A stretch of 55,355 nt of DNA, counting the filler, from Sphacelaria rigidula (taxonomy: Eukaryota), in the NCBI GenBank assembly GCA_964200075.2. It is 5 parts of 5 records of this genome, joined end to end, with 100 filler letters (N's around TTAATTAATTAA, not from the genome) between each part and the next. Parts side by side here need not be neighbours in the genome. Positions count along the whole stretch, not along the records: positions 1 to 10,992 come from CAXNAA020005565.1; positions 11,093 to 22,084 come from CAXNAA020005566.1; 3 more parts are not named here. One strand, given 5' to 3'. Position 1 is the stretch's first letter; each line of letters starts with the position of its first letter. This document shows positions 1 through 17,338 of the stretch, piece after piece. The notes under the pieces were generated by a model. The model was not told the origin of the DNA. It searched no databases and saw only the letters and a program-made list of their open reading frames with translations. The position numbers were made by a program, and so were the translations under genes.

Positions 1-789
1 CAAAACAAATTTGGACAATCTTTGAGAAACTAAGAAATTACGGATTCTGCATACTTCTGACGCTGACTACTGTACTACTAACTAGGCTCATCAACATGCT
101 GAACGGTTGCTCCTGCCATACACACTACTCGTAGGTCTCGAATGTAGATGCCTGCATGTTGTGTTCCAAAGCACATACATGGTAGCAGTTAGTAGTAAAT
201 AAAATACCCGGAGACCTTCGCGTACCGTACAACATATACATGTACGTGAATCAACAAACAAACAACGTTGCCGGGAACCGGGATTCAAATCGAAAAAAAA
301 TGAACTGGTACAATTTGATTACGATCTGAAACTCATCCCAGTCAATTTTGTCCAGCTCACAGATATAGCCTTTCTTTGCTTGCTGTCCTGCAACTATGTA
401 TGTCGTCGTTGCAGTCACTTGTACCTTGATTCTTCGACGGCGTATCGCAGGGTATGATTATGTCGGGCCGACATGAAACGACCGGTCTGCGGGGGAAAAG
501 GGGGGCGCGTTGGGAGGAAGATAAAGGGTCCCCTACCCCCGGGGTCTTGCCGTTGAGTGATGAGAAGACCTTGTTGGTTGAGCAGGGTAGCACAACAATG
601 AATGTATCTGTGCAAAAGGGACTAGCACTATCTGTGACACCGTTCAAAGAGTGGCCTACTACGAAAACACGTTCAAGTGCAGACCATCAACAAAAAAAGG
701 GAAAATCAGAATGTGATATGCACTGGAACTTGCTAACTGGAGCTGCATGTATGTGAATACTTTGGGATGGGACCTTCCTCGGGAAAGCA

Positions 790-1047
790 ATGCTACGGTA
801 GGGGTGCACTTTTCGCGCGAAATCTTGTCTGGTTCAGGGGCTCTTCACGATTCTAGATGCACAAGAATATGGGTCAGGGCATCCCCGTTTGCAAATTCTT
901 TCGGGATATCCCCAGCACATTGGGAAAGCAATCCTGGTGTACTCTCAGATATTTTCATATCTCGTGTTTTGGATTAGATCAAGGGCTCGTATCATTTTTA
1001 ACCTGAAAAAAAATATTATATGTGCAACCCTACCGTAGCATCACTCG
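790..1047. mobile_element. MITE-like element with terminal inverted repeats (TGATGCTACGGTAGGG family)
   Basis: Left end ATGCTACGGTAGGGGTGCAC and right end GTGCAACCCTACCGTAGCATCACTCG are near-perfect reverse complements. The same terminus GAGTGATGCTACGGTAGGGG recurs at 22018 and 33098. Confidence 0.7.
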
Positions 1048-2047
1048 GGACTCGGGAGATTCCAATCTCTCCACTGATGAATGCCTGACATTTTGATACG
1101 ATAAACACTCCGGAGTATAATGTTATAAGTTGAACGAAACAAAAAGCCGTCCGTGCATGTATGTATGTTGTGCTTTGAGTCACCGGGGTATCGACCCCCC
1201 CCGTCCCCCCACTAAAGGAACCCCGATTATGTCAATATCGAGGAAACAATCATTACTACTAACGTCCAATAATAGGCACTTCATAGGCAAATGAGTGTAT
1301 GTAGTAGCATCACACTACCGGCCGCCCACAAGCTTCTTTTCGCGCGAATTATATCTTCTGTTACCTCGCGTGTGTCTGTAAGCATTTATTTTGCATACCA
1401 CCACGGACTATTACTACACTTCGTACGTCTTCTTCAAATTAAACACTGTGTACCGAAATTTTGACAGTAATATCTTTCAACATGGTAATACGCACTGTAA
1501 ACCAAAACTTCGCATCTCTCGCGTGTGCTTGCGCTGAACTACGCAATCATATACGACGAGTAGTATGTAGTATTTCTTGAAAAAGGAAGGCTGATTATCC
1601 GCCGAAGAAAAAATCGTTATGATGAGGAACAAGCCGTTTTTCGGAGCATGTTTTTTTTTTTCATTTGAACAGTAAATAAAAACTGGCGTTATTGTTCTGA
1701 AGAACTTCATCAAGGGCAGCGAAGCAGAGAGGAAGATGGGCTGAATTTGAGGAGCTATATACGCCGGTGGGGACCACGCATAGTTGCACAACCATGCCTT
1801 TGGAACCCCCTAAAGATTTTTGCGCCAACCGTTCAAGTCATGATGATCAATTAATAATACCAAATTGTTCCTCGTGCATGCGTCTCGCGTACGATACATG
1901 ATACATACATGACCGATCAAAACGAAACAACACATACGTGCTACCACGAATGGAATAGTTATTCACGTCAACCTACGCAGCAGTTGTTGCACTTATTGCG
2001 ACGTATGCAACCCGATCAGACGAGTTATAGACCGTTAACTATGCCGA

Positions 2048-2295
2048 GCCCCGGTGGTGTAATGGTCCGACTGTCGCCATTAGGGTAGAGAGAACGGGGA
2101 TTCGATTCCCGATGCGTTGGTATTTTTCTTTGTAATGTATGATTTCCACCGTGGAAAGCATGATGGCGTGAGTAAACAAGGTAGTCGACTGGGTTCGTGC
2201 GACGTGAGTTTACGCGGTGTGGGAGTGCTGCCTCAATCCGCGAGACCAAAATGAAAGGCGCGTACCGGGGAAGAGATGGGTTAATCCCTCGAGAT
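2048..2295 (+). mobile_element. Putative tRNA-derived SINE remnant
   Basis: A-box-like TGGTGTAATGG and B-box-like GATTCGATTCCC, but no acceptor-stem pairing. The tail GGCGCGTACCGGGGAAGAGATGGGTTAATCCCTCGAGA recurs in reverse orientation at ~33526-33564 on contig 4. Confidence 0.45.
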
Positions 2296-3883
2296 CACGG
2301 ACCCATCCCGAGGAAATGGAGGGGTTCAAAGTGTAAGGAAACAAAAAAAAAAGTATAAGTGCAAATTCCGAATTTGCAGAGACTTATTGAATCAACTGTG
2401 CAAATCAGGGTGACCCGGAATTGAGAATTGCGAACGTCAGATTTGCGAGTCGAAGAACAGGCAGACTGTGAATAATTCTTCAAGTACAGTGCCGTATGCC
2501 GTACTGTGGTACCCTAGGGTTATGCAGCTAAGGTTTCAAAAAGGCCACCGCACGTCACTGTACGTCACTGTACGTCACTATACGTACGTGACTCTCCTCC
2601 TACAGATTGGGGCAAACTCGACTTTCTCTGTACGTACTCGTACTCGTACGAGTATTGCATATTCGTGCGACAATCGAAAAGCCCGATCTGATACTACCCC
2701 CAATATAGGGTACAACAACAGTAAAATATTATTATTCACCCCTAAACCCCAGTATAGTGTGGGGAATTAGACGCGGAAGGAAGTTTTACTTTGCTGCTTT
2801 CAACGTCGATCGTCCACCACACCAGCGTTGAGAACATAATATTTGTATAATAATGGAATATACATACAGGCGTTATGACAATTGTTACTGTTGTACTCGT
2901 AGTATATAATTGTAATGAACTTCAATCGATTCACGTGTGTGATGGTGTGTGTGGTGAAATGATGTTTCTTATTTGATAGATGAATGTAAGGTTCCTCGCG
3001 GGTAATATTAGTATTATAATACTCGTAGTGTGGTGAACAAGAAGTAATACCGGCTCGTGCCTGTCGCCACGACGCCGTGCGGAACACCAGAAAACTACGG
3101 GGACAAATAAATCCAGTCTGCGTACAGATCCATATTATTATTTGTGTCACAACAACAATGATAATAATAAAGAGTCATTTTGCGCTACAGCATTTCCGAA
3201 GAAATATGATTTTGGATAAGTTCTAAAAAATTGGAGAGCTCCAAACGGCCCGCGCAATTTTTACCGAGTTCTGCCATAATATCGCCGTTTGATCGCTCAT
3301 CACGGACACAGTGCTGTCTCGTCGGCGGAGTTGCAGTCCAATTTTTGAATTTTTCGGACGTCTCTGAAAATGTACCTTCGGGGAAAATATCAAACCGGTT
3401 CGTTCCTCGAGAAGTCTGAACGGAGAGTCCGGAGAGTCCGAAAAGTCCGAAGTAATCCGAGACACCTGAACAACGTTGGGAGTAAGTAAGAGCATAATAA
3501 ATTATAGCCGAAGGCGCGATCGCATGCGCCATGCAGTGAGAGTCTACGATAAATAGTAGTAATTCGCAGCCTTTTCTCAACAGGCCACTACGTATCGTTG
3601 CCGTGCTTTTGCATTGGCTATACAACTGCATGAGTATTGTTGCGAGCACCATCATCCCATGGTGGCGGCATGATCATTATTTTTCCATCAGGCGCGTTCA
3701 CCGCCAGCTACGCGTCGCATCGCCGTTTTCGTCCAGGTACTTCTACTGTAATATAATATGCTCTGTAGGATAGGTTCGTGCATGCATGTAAGTACTCGTA
3801 CGCATGAAGGATGCCGCCAAAATACATGCAACGTCACGGGAAGAATAATATCCTCATACCATTAGATATAAGATAAGAGGTAT

Positions 3884-3950
3884 GTCATGGCTCAGTTGGT
3901 AACCTCGAACCCTTCCGACAGTTGAGTCATGGGTTGAATTCTCGGAGCGA
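3884..3950 (+). mobile_element. tRNA-like Pol III head (SINE fragment or tRNA pseudogene)
   Basis: A-box TGGCTCAGTTGG (3888-3899) and B-box-like GGGTTGAATTCT (~3931-3942) at tRNA-like spacing. No convincing cloverleaf. Confidence 0.35.
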
Positions 3951-5565
3951 TCTGGGATTTTTTCTCACACCATGCCCGACAGTGGAGAGCGCCTCTGCCG
4001 TGGTTACACAAAATTCAACTTAACGGTTGACGAGGGAAAGGGACTGCTGAACCCCTCTCGCGATAAAAAATAAAGACAAGCACCGCAGAAGGAAGGTGTA
4101 GTTCCAAAAAAATAAAAAAATAAATAAAAACTCCTGTGTTGACCTTCCTCCTGTGTGACGCGGGCTGGTGCGCCCACATATACACCGAAAGGTGAAGACC
4201 GTCGTCCAGAATAGATGGGCGACAACACACACACATATCTCGAACTCGAAGTTCACGGTATGTTGGACGACAAATTACTGCGAAATATACCGGGAACCTT
4301 GAGTTTGAGATACCTGTACGGATACATATCGTACAGATCATCTGTTGAATCTCGGTTGAACCGTCATCGATTTCACTTGAAAAAATTATGCATGAGGACT
4401 CGCGGATGCCTCGAGGTCAAAGGGGCAGGAGGTAGCCCTCTCGTCCACTCAATACTTGTAAACGCTTTTGATGCGTTTCAACTTTGAAATCATTGCACAT
4501 GTTGTCACTGATTTCAGCATAATATACAAGAGGCCTACTTATAGGTGCGCTTTCACAATGTTGACGATGTACCGACGGATGGCACTCCCTTTCGTGGCAC
4601 AGAGGCAGGTGTTGTAGCCGCTAGAAAGTAAGGTGAACGCATTCAAACCGCAGAAAAATTACTTCCAGGCAGTATGAGATCAGCATCATATCGCTCGGAA
4701 CTTGGGCTTTCCCGTGTAGTTGGCAAGATTGCTTCACCGGATCAACCCTTGGGGGTGTTATCCACCGTCATCAACACCGGGGCCCTGCAGGGCCATGCCT
4801 CGTCCTGCATTCGCTGTAGGGTCCCAGTCATTTGTTGTAAGGGGGAAGAGAGCCATATCCAATTATATCTTTGCGCATGCATGCCCACGGAACGATGCGT
4901 GGATACCGACATCGCTCTAAAGCAGCAGAGTATATTGTGCGTGTGGTATGAACCTCTTCGATATCCAGATTCGGATCCGCAGCAGCACTTGTGGCCAGAA
5001 CCGTTCGAAACGGCCAATATAATCTGAAAACTCTTGGGGTCAACATAAAAGTCATATCTGGAAATATATATCCCACCCTATAGGAGCACCCACCGACACA
5101 GCAGTCCCACTCCGAATCAACCCACCCGTCAAAACCGATACCCCCTCCTCATACCCCTGCCAAGGGATCCTGAACCGCCAGTATATATAGCTTTTGTGGG
5201 ATCCATCCAACCACAGGCAAACTTCACCAACTGGAGTCGACATATCGTGGTACCGAATTTACGGCCATCACATCTGATCCCCGCGCCGCGCGCTTGAGGT
5301 CACTTCAGCTGCGGTGAATCTGCCTTTCACTTCGCATTTTCAATTCGATAAAATTCAGGAAACGGAGTCAGCACGTTGGTAAACACGCCAACCGCTGAGC
5401 AGCGTGGGATATATCTCCAGAGTATGCCCGTGTGGCGTACAAGTAACAGCAGACAACAGCGGTAGTGGTTTTCATCGAACGCTGCTGCTCGAGAGGTCAA
5501 CCGTTCATCATTGTTGCGAGTATCCGACATCATTGCGGATATATTCGAAAACTTACTTGGGCAGC

Positions 5566-8500
5566 ATGACATTAACGATCGACCTCTCTGCGGGAGGAGG
5601 GTTGCGAGGGAATTGCAGGGATGAAGAACTAGGAACGCCCGACGGCCGACTCCTTTTCAAGAGAAAGCTTGGCCAAGGCGCGGAAGGGTCTGTATATCTC
5701 GCCGTTCCTGCCGAGCGTAGTGGATCATCGCGTAGTTGTTGCCGTCGCGATACTCAGCAGGAGCAACGGCACAACGGGCGTGCGTCGTCATCTGCATCTG
5801 CGTCGTCTTCACCAGCCACCGTCGGGCGTCTGCCGGTCGCGGTTAAAGTTGTGATTGGCGATGCTTTCAGACGATATAAAGAGACACGTTGCTTGTGGCC
5901 ATCTCTACGCCACCCTAACATCGTATTTCCGCGCAAGACTACGTTCGACAATTCAAATCAGAGATGCTTCCTAGAGATGGAATTTTGCGAGATCGATTTG
6001 CTAGACTTGGTGAAACGAGACGGGCCTCTGAGTGAGGCCCGCGGGGCGTTGTTCGCGGGCCACCTCGCTGCCGGACTCGCGCACTGTCACAGCCTAGGCA
6101 TCGCGCACCAAGACATAAAGCTGGAGAATGTATTTCTGAGACACGGCGTTGCGAAGCTGGGCGACTTCGGCAGCATACGCCAGGTCTTGCCGACGTTCCC
6201 GCAATACCAACAGCAACAACAAACACCAGAACCAGCACCAACACAACACCGGCAACGGGGGACCTCGCGAACGGCAACGGCGGGCCCAACGGCCGTGCGG
6301 GGTCACAGCGACAGCAACAAAATCGTTCCATCTCCAGAGTTTGAACAAAGTTTCACCCCACACCAAGATGCGGGGAAGGCGGCGGCCCGCCGCACCAACA
6401 AAAATGTCAGCATCGCAGCAGCATCACCTTCACCGTTCGTCGGGTCACCGCAGTACGCGCCGCCCGAAGCCTTTGAGAACGCGTTGGGCAAAGGGGCCGG
6501 CTCATTCGACCATGCCGCTGCGGCGGCGGTTGCAGAGGTGACGACAGCGGCGCAGTCATGGGGGTACGATTCATTTGCAAGCGATGTGTGGTCGTTGGGA
6601 ATTTTGTTGTACGCGGCGGTCGCCGGGTGTCTACCGTGGGAGAGGGCTTGCGTCCGCAAGAGTGCAGAGTTTCGGCGCTACGTGGAGCGTGGTGCGGAAG
6701 AATTTTTCCCCGAGAGCTTTTCTCCAGGTTAGTGTATTAACAGTGCCATGACATTGATAGCACGATGTCTTCGTGGCCTGTTGTTATTACTGCTGCTGCT
6801 GCTGCTGCTGCCGTTGTTTTTAGTTCGTTCAACGTGCATTGAGGTTGATCCGTTTCTCTGCTATCTGCGCTTGTGCATGGGTTGGTGGCGTCGGCATTTT
6901 GATGAACGATCTGTTTTCGTGGTGCGTCGCTTGCATGTGTTCAGTGTACAGTTTTCTTGGAGGCGAATTGATTGTCCTCTCACAAAATGTCAGTATTTTT
7001 TATGGGTTGAGACACTTGATGGTGTTGCCCATGGATTACATCGATGGCAGTCTCCGGGCTCGGACGCGCGCCGTGTGCATCGCATTTGTCTCGGCAGCTG
7101 CCTCGTCTACTACCTCAAGTTGCATTGAATCGACCTGTTTCTCTCGATAATTACTCGTACATCCCAAGGCTGTACGGTAGACCTTTGACGCTTTCATGAC
7201 CAAAATCTCACGGTTTACAGTAGACCGCGAGATCAGTCTTTCTGGATTATGCATACTTTTTTTCACTTGAAATTGATGCCGATTCAACTGAAGACTAAGC
7301 TCGCGGTCTAAGGGTTAAAAGCATACACGTGTGCTGTGGCATAAGCGTCTTGCAGATCCTGCGGGCAAAAGCGCGTGGATATGCGGGGTGCATGTTCTAT
7401 TACGTGTGCGAATCCTTGGCCGTCACCCTCTATAATACCGTGTGTATACTGCTTACATGGCTGAAGGCTCAGTCACGTTGGATTATTTCCCCACCCCTTC
7501 AGGATCAGCATGGTTTAAGCTTTAGAATCTACCGTGCACCTGTTCCGAACACAACTAATACTACTTGAACTCCCCCTTCAAATACAAGTCGCTGGTATTT
7601 TTTCTCGGCGTATTTCGTGTCCCCTCTGTCTCTTATTTTTACTTCCTGCGCCAACTCCTTTGTTGCCAACTTATTTGTTGTTCTTGAGCTCTTCATTTTC
7701 GTCCCCGCCTATCATTACAGCAACGTCCAATAATCTTTGTCTTGGGTTCGTGTTTTCATATCCATTACTTTTTCGCCGATTCAACCAAGAATACCCACTC
7801 ACATATACTTCAGTTTACTCGATGCACACGTGGGTAGTTATGTACTTCGTATGTATATCTATATATATATATATGTGTGTGTGTACGGTAATAGTCTGCT
7901 GCCTGCCCCGCGAACGCGCAACACCTGTAAATCCCACAGCATAGTTACCAGAATGTCGAGTGTCGATGTCGTTCTGTCCGGCCTTGCCATGCGTGAAGAC
8001 TTTACGTCTTTTCTGTAGACGCAGCTGTTTACTCAGTCGACCGCTTCTCTGTTACTATGTGCAAGGTTTTTTGGCATTCGTAAAAATAGCACACGACCTA
8101 CAAAAAGACTGTCGTGATACGACGGCGGTCAAGGACACAGAGCCACACCACGTGGCGGCACCTCACGATCGCCTTAAAAAATGCATCGGTGATCTAATCG
8201 TTCAGAGTGTGGGAACCCCAGGCCTTTCCAGACTGGACCGAAAACTCCGCGTATTACACAGAAAAGAAAGAAGCCAATCGCATGTTGGCTCCCTCCCTTT
8301 TCTACACCCTGCACACGTATCCTTCATGTAGTATTTCTCCCCTTTTGGCTTCTCACTTGTCCCTCTATTTCTCCGCATATCCAGGTCTGGCATCCTTGCT
8401 CTCTCGAATGCTCTCCATAGACCAAAGGAAACGCCCGACAGCGGCCGAGATTCTCCATAACGACCCCTGGGTTACGACTCCTCCGACAACACCGCCATCC

Positions 8501-9568
8501 CTGTCGTCGTCACCGTCCGTCCGTCGGCCAGCGGCGGCGACACAGCTTACTTGGCCCTCTACTACTACCCCCGTACAAGCCGTCGGGCACCGACCGATCC
8601 CCGTCACTCCTCCTGAAGAAACTACACCCACCGCTGGCGCTGGCGCTGCGGCTCTCCCCCTCAGCCCGACTAATACCTCGCCCATCCCGCTGCCGGCCAA
8701 GCTTTCTGGGGTGTCATCATCTACGGTGCAGCAAAAGCGGGCTGTCTGTGGCCCCACCGCCGGCGCCTTTGCCGGCACCGGGCGACCAAGCAAGAGGGTA
8801 AGACTGCCCGATGATCGTGGATCCGCCGGCGCTGGCAGTACCACCGCTGTCGATTCGGCGGCGGTGGGCGCTGCGGTACCCGTCGCCATACACACGGCTG
8901 GCAAGGACTCGAAGGCCGCGACGGACAGAGTGATGAACACTGCTGCAATCGACGACCACAGTTGCGCAAGAATTACGCCCCCCCTCACCTCACCGTGTCC
9001 TCGCAGGCAACCGCCCAACGGGAGTTGTTCGCCTGTGCTGCGGCTACCGGAGTTAGAATCTAACGATATATTGGGCGGCGGCGGCGCAGCCAGCAGTGGC
9101 AGCGGCAGCGGCGAGAGCGTGCCGCCCTCCTTCGATCTCGTTGCGCGAGAGAGGGAAATGGAAGCGCAGTCGGGGCGGGGTACGGACAGTATCGCTCGGC
9201 TGGTTCCTAACCCGTCGCCGTGCTCGCGGTCGCCGCCACCGGCCGCCTCCTCCAACTTCACGCTTTCACCGGCGATCGGGGCGGCAGGCGGGAGCACAAC
9301 CAACGCGGGCTCTCCTGGGCAGAATTTCATATTACCGAGATTCATTGCGGGGAATCAGCTGCGAACGACCGGGATGAAACGGCCGGCTCCGACGGGGCGC
9401 GCAGAGTGTTGCCGCTCTGATCGAGGCCGCGAAGACATGCGTGCGGAACGGGGGGGCGGGGAGGGTTGGATAGCACCGGGTGCGACCACTGGTACTTCGA
9501 GAATCGGTGCTACGAAGAGCGCCTTCAAGAGGTGTAAGATGGCTGGTCCTACTAATGGTGGGTTTTGA
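5566..9568 (+). CDS. Ser/Thr protein kinase (CAMK/SNF1-like fold, non-RD) with long Pro/Ser/Thr/Ala-rich C-terminal tail; exons 5566-6727 and 8385-9568
   Basis: Motifs GQGAEGSV, VAVK, LRHPNIV, HQDIKLEN, DFG, YAPPE, DVWSLG. A phase-1 intron (donor GTTAGT at 6728, acceptor CAG ending 8384) joins FSPG to LASLLSRMLSIDQRKRPTAAEILHNDPW (subdomain XI). Start taken at the first in-frame ATG (5566); stop TGA ends at 9568. Confidence 0.9.
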
Positions 9569-10934
9569 TTGCGATGATTACAATGATCTGATCAAATTTT
9601 GCGTCCGTCAGGTTCAGATTGGAGGACCTTAGAGCATCATGTGTGGGGATTTTTGTCGGGGATGCGACTTCCGGTAACTGTTTCGTGACAAGAGTCATTT
9701 TGCTCGGCTCGCCTACTAGCGCAGATGTTTCGGCCTCGCATGTGATAGAGGACTATCTGGTTAATGGGCCTCGATCTCTCTGTTGTTGGAGTCATCATCT
9801 ATCTCTTCAGTGATTCGTTTTGGAGCCACGGCGCCCTCGTCCGTGCTTTGGGGTTGGTCGTGCAGTGTTTGAAACCCCTCAGACGCGCGTTGTAGAAAAC
9901 CGAAGGGCGCTGAGTGGTGTGCGATGGATAACGAAACATCACATCGACAGCCACCGTTTTTTGTTTGCCGTTATTAATACGTATAGGTTCTTCTTCTTGT
10001 CCCCAATCCTCATGAAACGACCGCCATGGTCGTCATGTGTCAAGATATGAAATACAAGTAGAACTGGAGAAAATGGCCAAAACCACCGTGTTATTGTTCA
10101 TAGAACGAGCCTTGCTTGTTTCGGTGCCCTGTTTCCCACGCATATGTCTGTGTGTGCCTGTGTAGATGTGCGTCTGTTCCAATGTGTCGATGTGTCTCTG
10201 TAAATGTGTGTGAAGACTACCGATGTTTTCCTGCTTGTTCAAAATATCGTGTATGTTGAGGGACGTATGGTGGTCAGGTGCATTCAGTAGGCACCCTGAG
10301 CAACGAGAGGGTGAACCAAATTCGTGTAGGTTTCAGTTGGCAATGCCGAGAGGTTTTTCGGACGTGCTCGCAACTGAACGGTGATGTGTTGCCACTTTTG
10401 TCTCTTTTACAACGAGTACAACTGCTGTACTTGTGCTTTACCGCGAAGGCCGAAAACCGGCAATTTTTCCTCTGTACATACATTTTCTCTGAATGTATGT
10501 CGTGTTTATATGTGTATGTGTGTGCGTGAGTATGTTTAGTCTTCCTCGAGGGGCGGAACGTCCGACTATTTCCTTCCACCAGTAGCCCAGGCAATTATTA
10601 TCCCCCCGAAAAACTTGTGTGCGTCCTTCAGAAGTAGCGAATCTACCTCACGGGACGGTCCTACCTCACGGGACGGTCCTACATGGCAAGCACGTCGTGT
10701 CCACAACCTGGATTGCACGGACCACACACCTTAGCACAGCCGAGATATCATGTCGGTACTTGTTTTCTGTTCGCAAGAATTTTTCATGTGTTTGTCTTGC
10801 ATCGTGTCCGCTGCCATTTCCACTACTTTGTCGTACGTCCCGGTTCCTGCACCGCTGCTGCTTGTATAGCAACTACGAGTAGTGTGTTCTGTTTTCGGGG
10901 ATTTTGCTCGTACGTGTCTGTTTTGTGTGTGGTG

Positions 10935-10935
<1 letters not shown>

Positions 10936-10992
<57 letters not shown>
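10936..10992. repeat. (GT)n microsatellite at end of contig 1
   Basis: Pure GT run ending at the N linker. Confidence 0.95.
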
Positions 10993-11092
10993 NNNNNNNN
11001 NNNNNNNNNNNNNNNNNNNNNNNNNNNNNNNNNNNNTTAATTAATTAANNNNNNNNNNNNNNNNNNNNNNNNNNNNNNNNNNNNNNNNNNNN
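10993..11092. other. Artificial contig linker 44N-TTAATTAATTAA-44N
   Basis: Identical 100-nt linker occurs four times; the core gives stops in all six frames. Confidence 0.97.
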
Positions 11093-11669
11093 GAGGTGAA
11101 TGGTCTTATGACTATGGCATGCATGATCATGAGTACACCCCCCCTCCTCCCCCCCCCTCCTTTGAGGGCTAGCGAGGGTTGGCAACGACGCTGTAAAACA
11201 TGTAGCTTACCACGTGAGCCAGGCAACCAGGTTTGCAGGATTTTTTTCGCATGCGTTTTTTGCGGTGACCATGATGGTGGTCGAGTGAGATCATATTCTG
11301 CGGGGTGAAGAACTTCAACTTTGCGTGAGGAGAAGGATCGTAAGATGTAGTGTTCGGATGGTGAGACACCCGTGAGGTAGTGTGTAACCCGTGGCTATCT
11401 CTTGGACGTGGCGACACCAGGAAATGAAGCACCCCATTTGAGGCTGCCATCCATACTCAAGATAATCAATACGCTTTGGGCCCAACAATCTTGGGAAGAT
11501 GCAGCTCACCCTTAATGCGACTCGTCGAACACCTCACGGCGCTTTGCGCTTGCTGGTTACGAGCTTGATCCGGCGAAAACCGGCGGTGCTCCGTCCTGGC
11601 TCACTAGGAATGCGAGGTCAAAGATCTTATGACCGCGACATGCAGAATCATTAATATCCCCCCCCCCCC
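11093..11669 (+). mobile_element. ~0.55-0.6 kb non-coding repeat with ~80-bp terminal direct repeats ending in poly-C (copy 1)
   Basis: Aligns by eye with 22262-23185, 23958-24641 and 31426-32369 (shared blocks GGCAACCAGG, GAGACACCC, GGCTGCCATCCAT, GATGCAGCTC, GTGCTCCGTC). Confidence 0.85.
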
Positions 11670-12562
11670 TAGTTTGTACAAATATTTTACACATCGACCG
11701 CAAATCATTGAGGAAGTGATATTAAGGCATCTGAAAGCAGCTGCATCATCAGGAGGAGCGATTCAGCGCACATCGATAAATATTGAGCTGAGTGATTTTT
11801 CCTCGCATCCCCCTCCTATACGGCGTGGCACGGTCTTTGGGCGACTCCAAAAATCAACCGCCCCCACTGGTGCTTGGTAGTCACAAACATCTGTTCGCTC
11901 TTTCTGACTCGCGGTCAGCTCCTACCAATATCTTGAACACGGCGTGCATCCTTGCTCCGAGTCCTGTAGAATACTCTCAACATATGAGCCAAGTTCAGTT
12001 TCAGAAGTCTGATACGTCTGGGAGTCTTATTACTAAAATTAAAATTTCCTCCACCCCGCGCGCGTGCGCCAAATATCGGCAAATATATAAAATTTCCTGT
12101 GCAGTTTCTTATTTCATGTGAAACCGTTTGCACCGTTTCGAAATCAATTCTAAAAACAATGAAGGAAAAAACTTGGACATGACCTGTGTGTAGCTAGAAC
12201 CCAAGGCGCCTGTGCTCTTTGAACGAATGCGGTGATATACACAAGTCAGCATGACCCAGCCATGGCGTCGCTGGGGAAGGGTTGTATCAGCGTGTGTTAC
12301 TCGAATGTTTTGTCCACGTGTGCACCTATACCCAGAAATACTCGAAAGGTGTGAGAATAGCGGTTTGAAAAGGATTGTCACTTCGAAGGATTCTCACAAT
12401 AGCAACCAGGGGGTGTTTTGATGCACTACGTCGCCACGGCCCGGTAGTCTATCGGTCACATCTTTAGGCCTGTTAAAACGAAAGGACAAGGGTATAAATT
12501 CCGGAAAATGCATTTATAATGCAAATCGACGCCCCCCCGCCCCCGCGCCGCCCCGCGCCCCT

Positions 12563-12636
12563 ATCTCCATCTCGAAAGCATGCGTACTCAATGGTCAAAC
12601 GACGAAGGCAAGCAACAAATGAGTACGCTCCCCCCC
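12563..12636 (+). repeat. ~72-bp poly-C-tailed short element (solo copy)
   Basis: Matches the consensus GTGCTCCGTCTCGAAAGGGATGCGTGGTCAATGGTCAAACGACTAAGGCAAGCAACAAATGAGTACGCCCCC seen in five other copies. Confidence 0.8.
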
Positions 12637-13466
12637 TCCCGCGCCCCCTTCTCTCCCTCTGTTTCTGTTCTTTTTCAAATCCCGAAGGTGAAGGATGAAA
12701 CAATGGGTTATCATAATTGATAAACTTTTTTTTTTCTTCTTTAGTACGCGTTAAGGTCTATGTACGAACGGGCGTGTACCCAAACGCGGGGAGAACATAG
12801 GACGAGTTAGTCACGTTTGTGTTGATTTCCAATCTCGTACGTCCAATATCTCCCCATCCTCGGGTCGAGGCCGTGGTCTGGAAGAATCAAATAAAATCTC
12901 GCGCCCGGCACCTGCCTGACATTTTGCTGTCGAAAAATGGATCAGCGCTCCCACACGCCGTGAAGTCTTGCCGAAATTGATTTTGCTTTTTACGCCCTCA
13001 TTATTTCGACTAGGAAACTAGATTATTCTCTAGAGGATCGTACCTGTTGCGATTCTAAACCGCAACTTTCCACCCTAGTTGGCTGATGACTGTCAGGGAG
13101 TCGGAAAAGCTGTTTTTCACGTGTCGGGATGTTGTTTCGGGGCGTTCCTGTTGCGTGCTTGCGTGGGCCGCGGCGGGTCGAACACCATTCATCTTGATTT
13201 ATAAAGCATACGTGCCGTTCGAAGTGTGTACTGTTTATATGTGTTCTCAACCCGAGAATCCCTTCCGTGGAAATCACCGTGCCCTGGTAGGGATACCCGA
13301 TGAGTTCACGTATTTATCGCCACTAAGATACTGTGTTAAAGCATGCATACATAGCCCCCGCCGGTCCTTCTCCCGTGCCTCGCTCCCTGGTTTATGTAAT
13401 CCTCACCGATTGACTTGCCACTTTCCGTGAATTGTCTTGGACACGTCTGATCCGGTGTGCACGCAG

Positions 13467-17338
<3,872 letters not shown>

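Noticed and set aside
2048-2120. Possible tRNA gene
   Set aside because: A and B boxes are present, but the acceptor and anticodon stems do not pair; kept only as a SINE-like head.
8365-9345. 326-aa minus-strand ORF
   Set aside because: Antisense shadow of the GC-rich kinase exon 2; no independent motifs.
11037-11048. Recurring palindrome TTAATTAATTAA at ~11.09 kb periodicity
   Set aside because: It is always embedded in fixed 44-N flanks, so it is an assembly linker and not a biological repeat or array.
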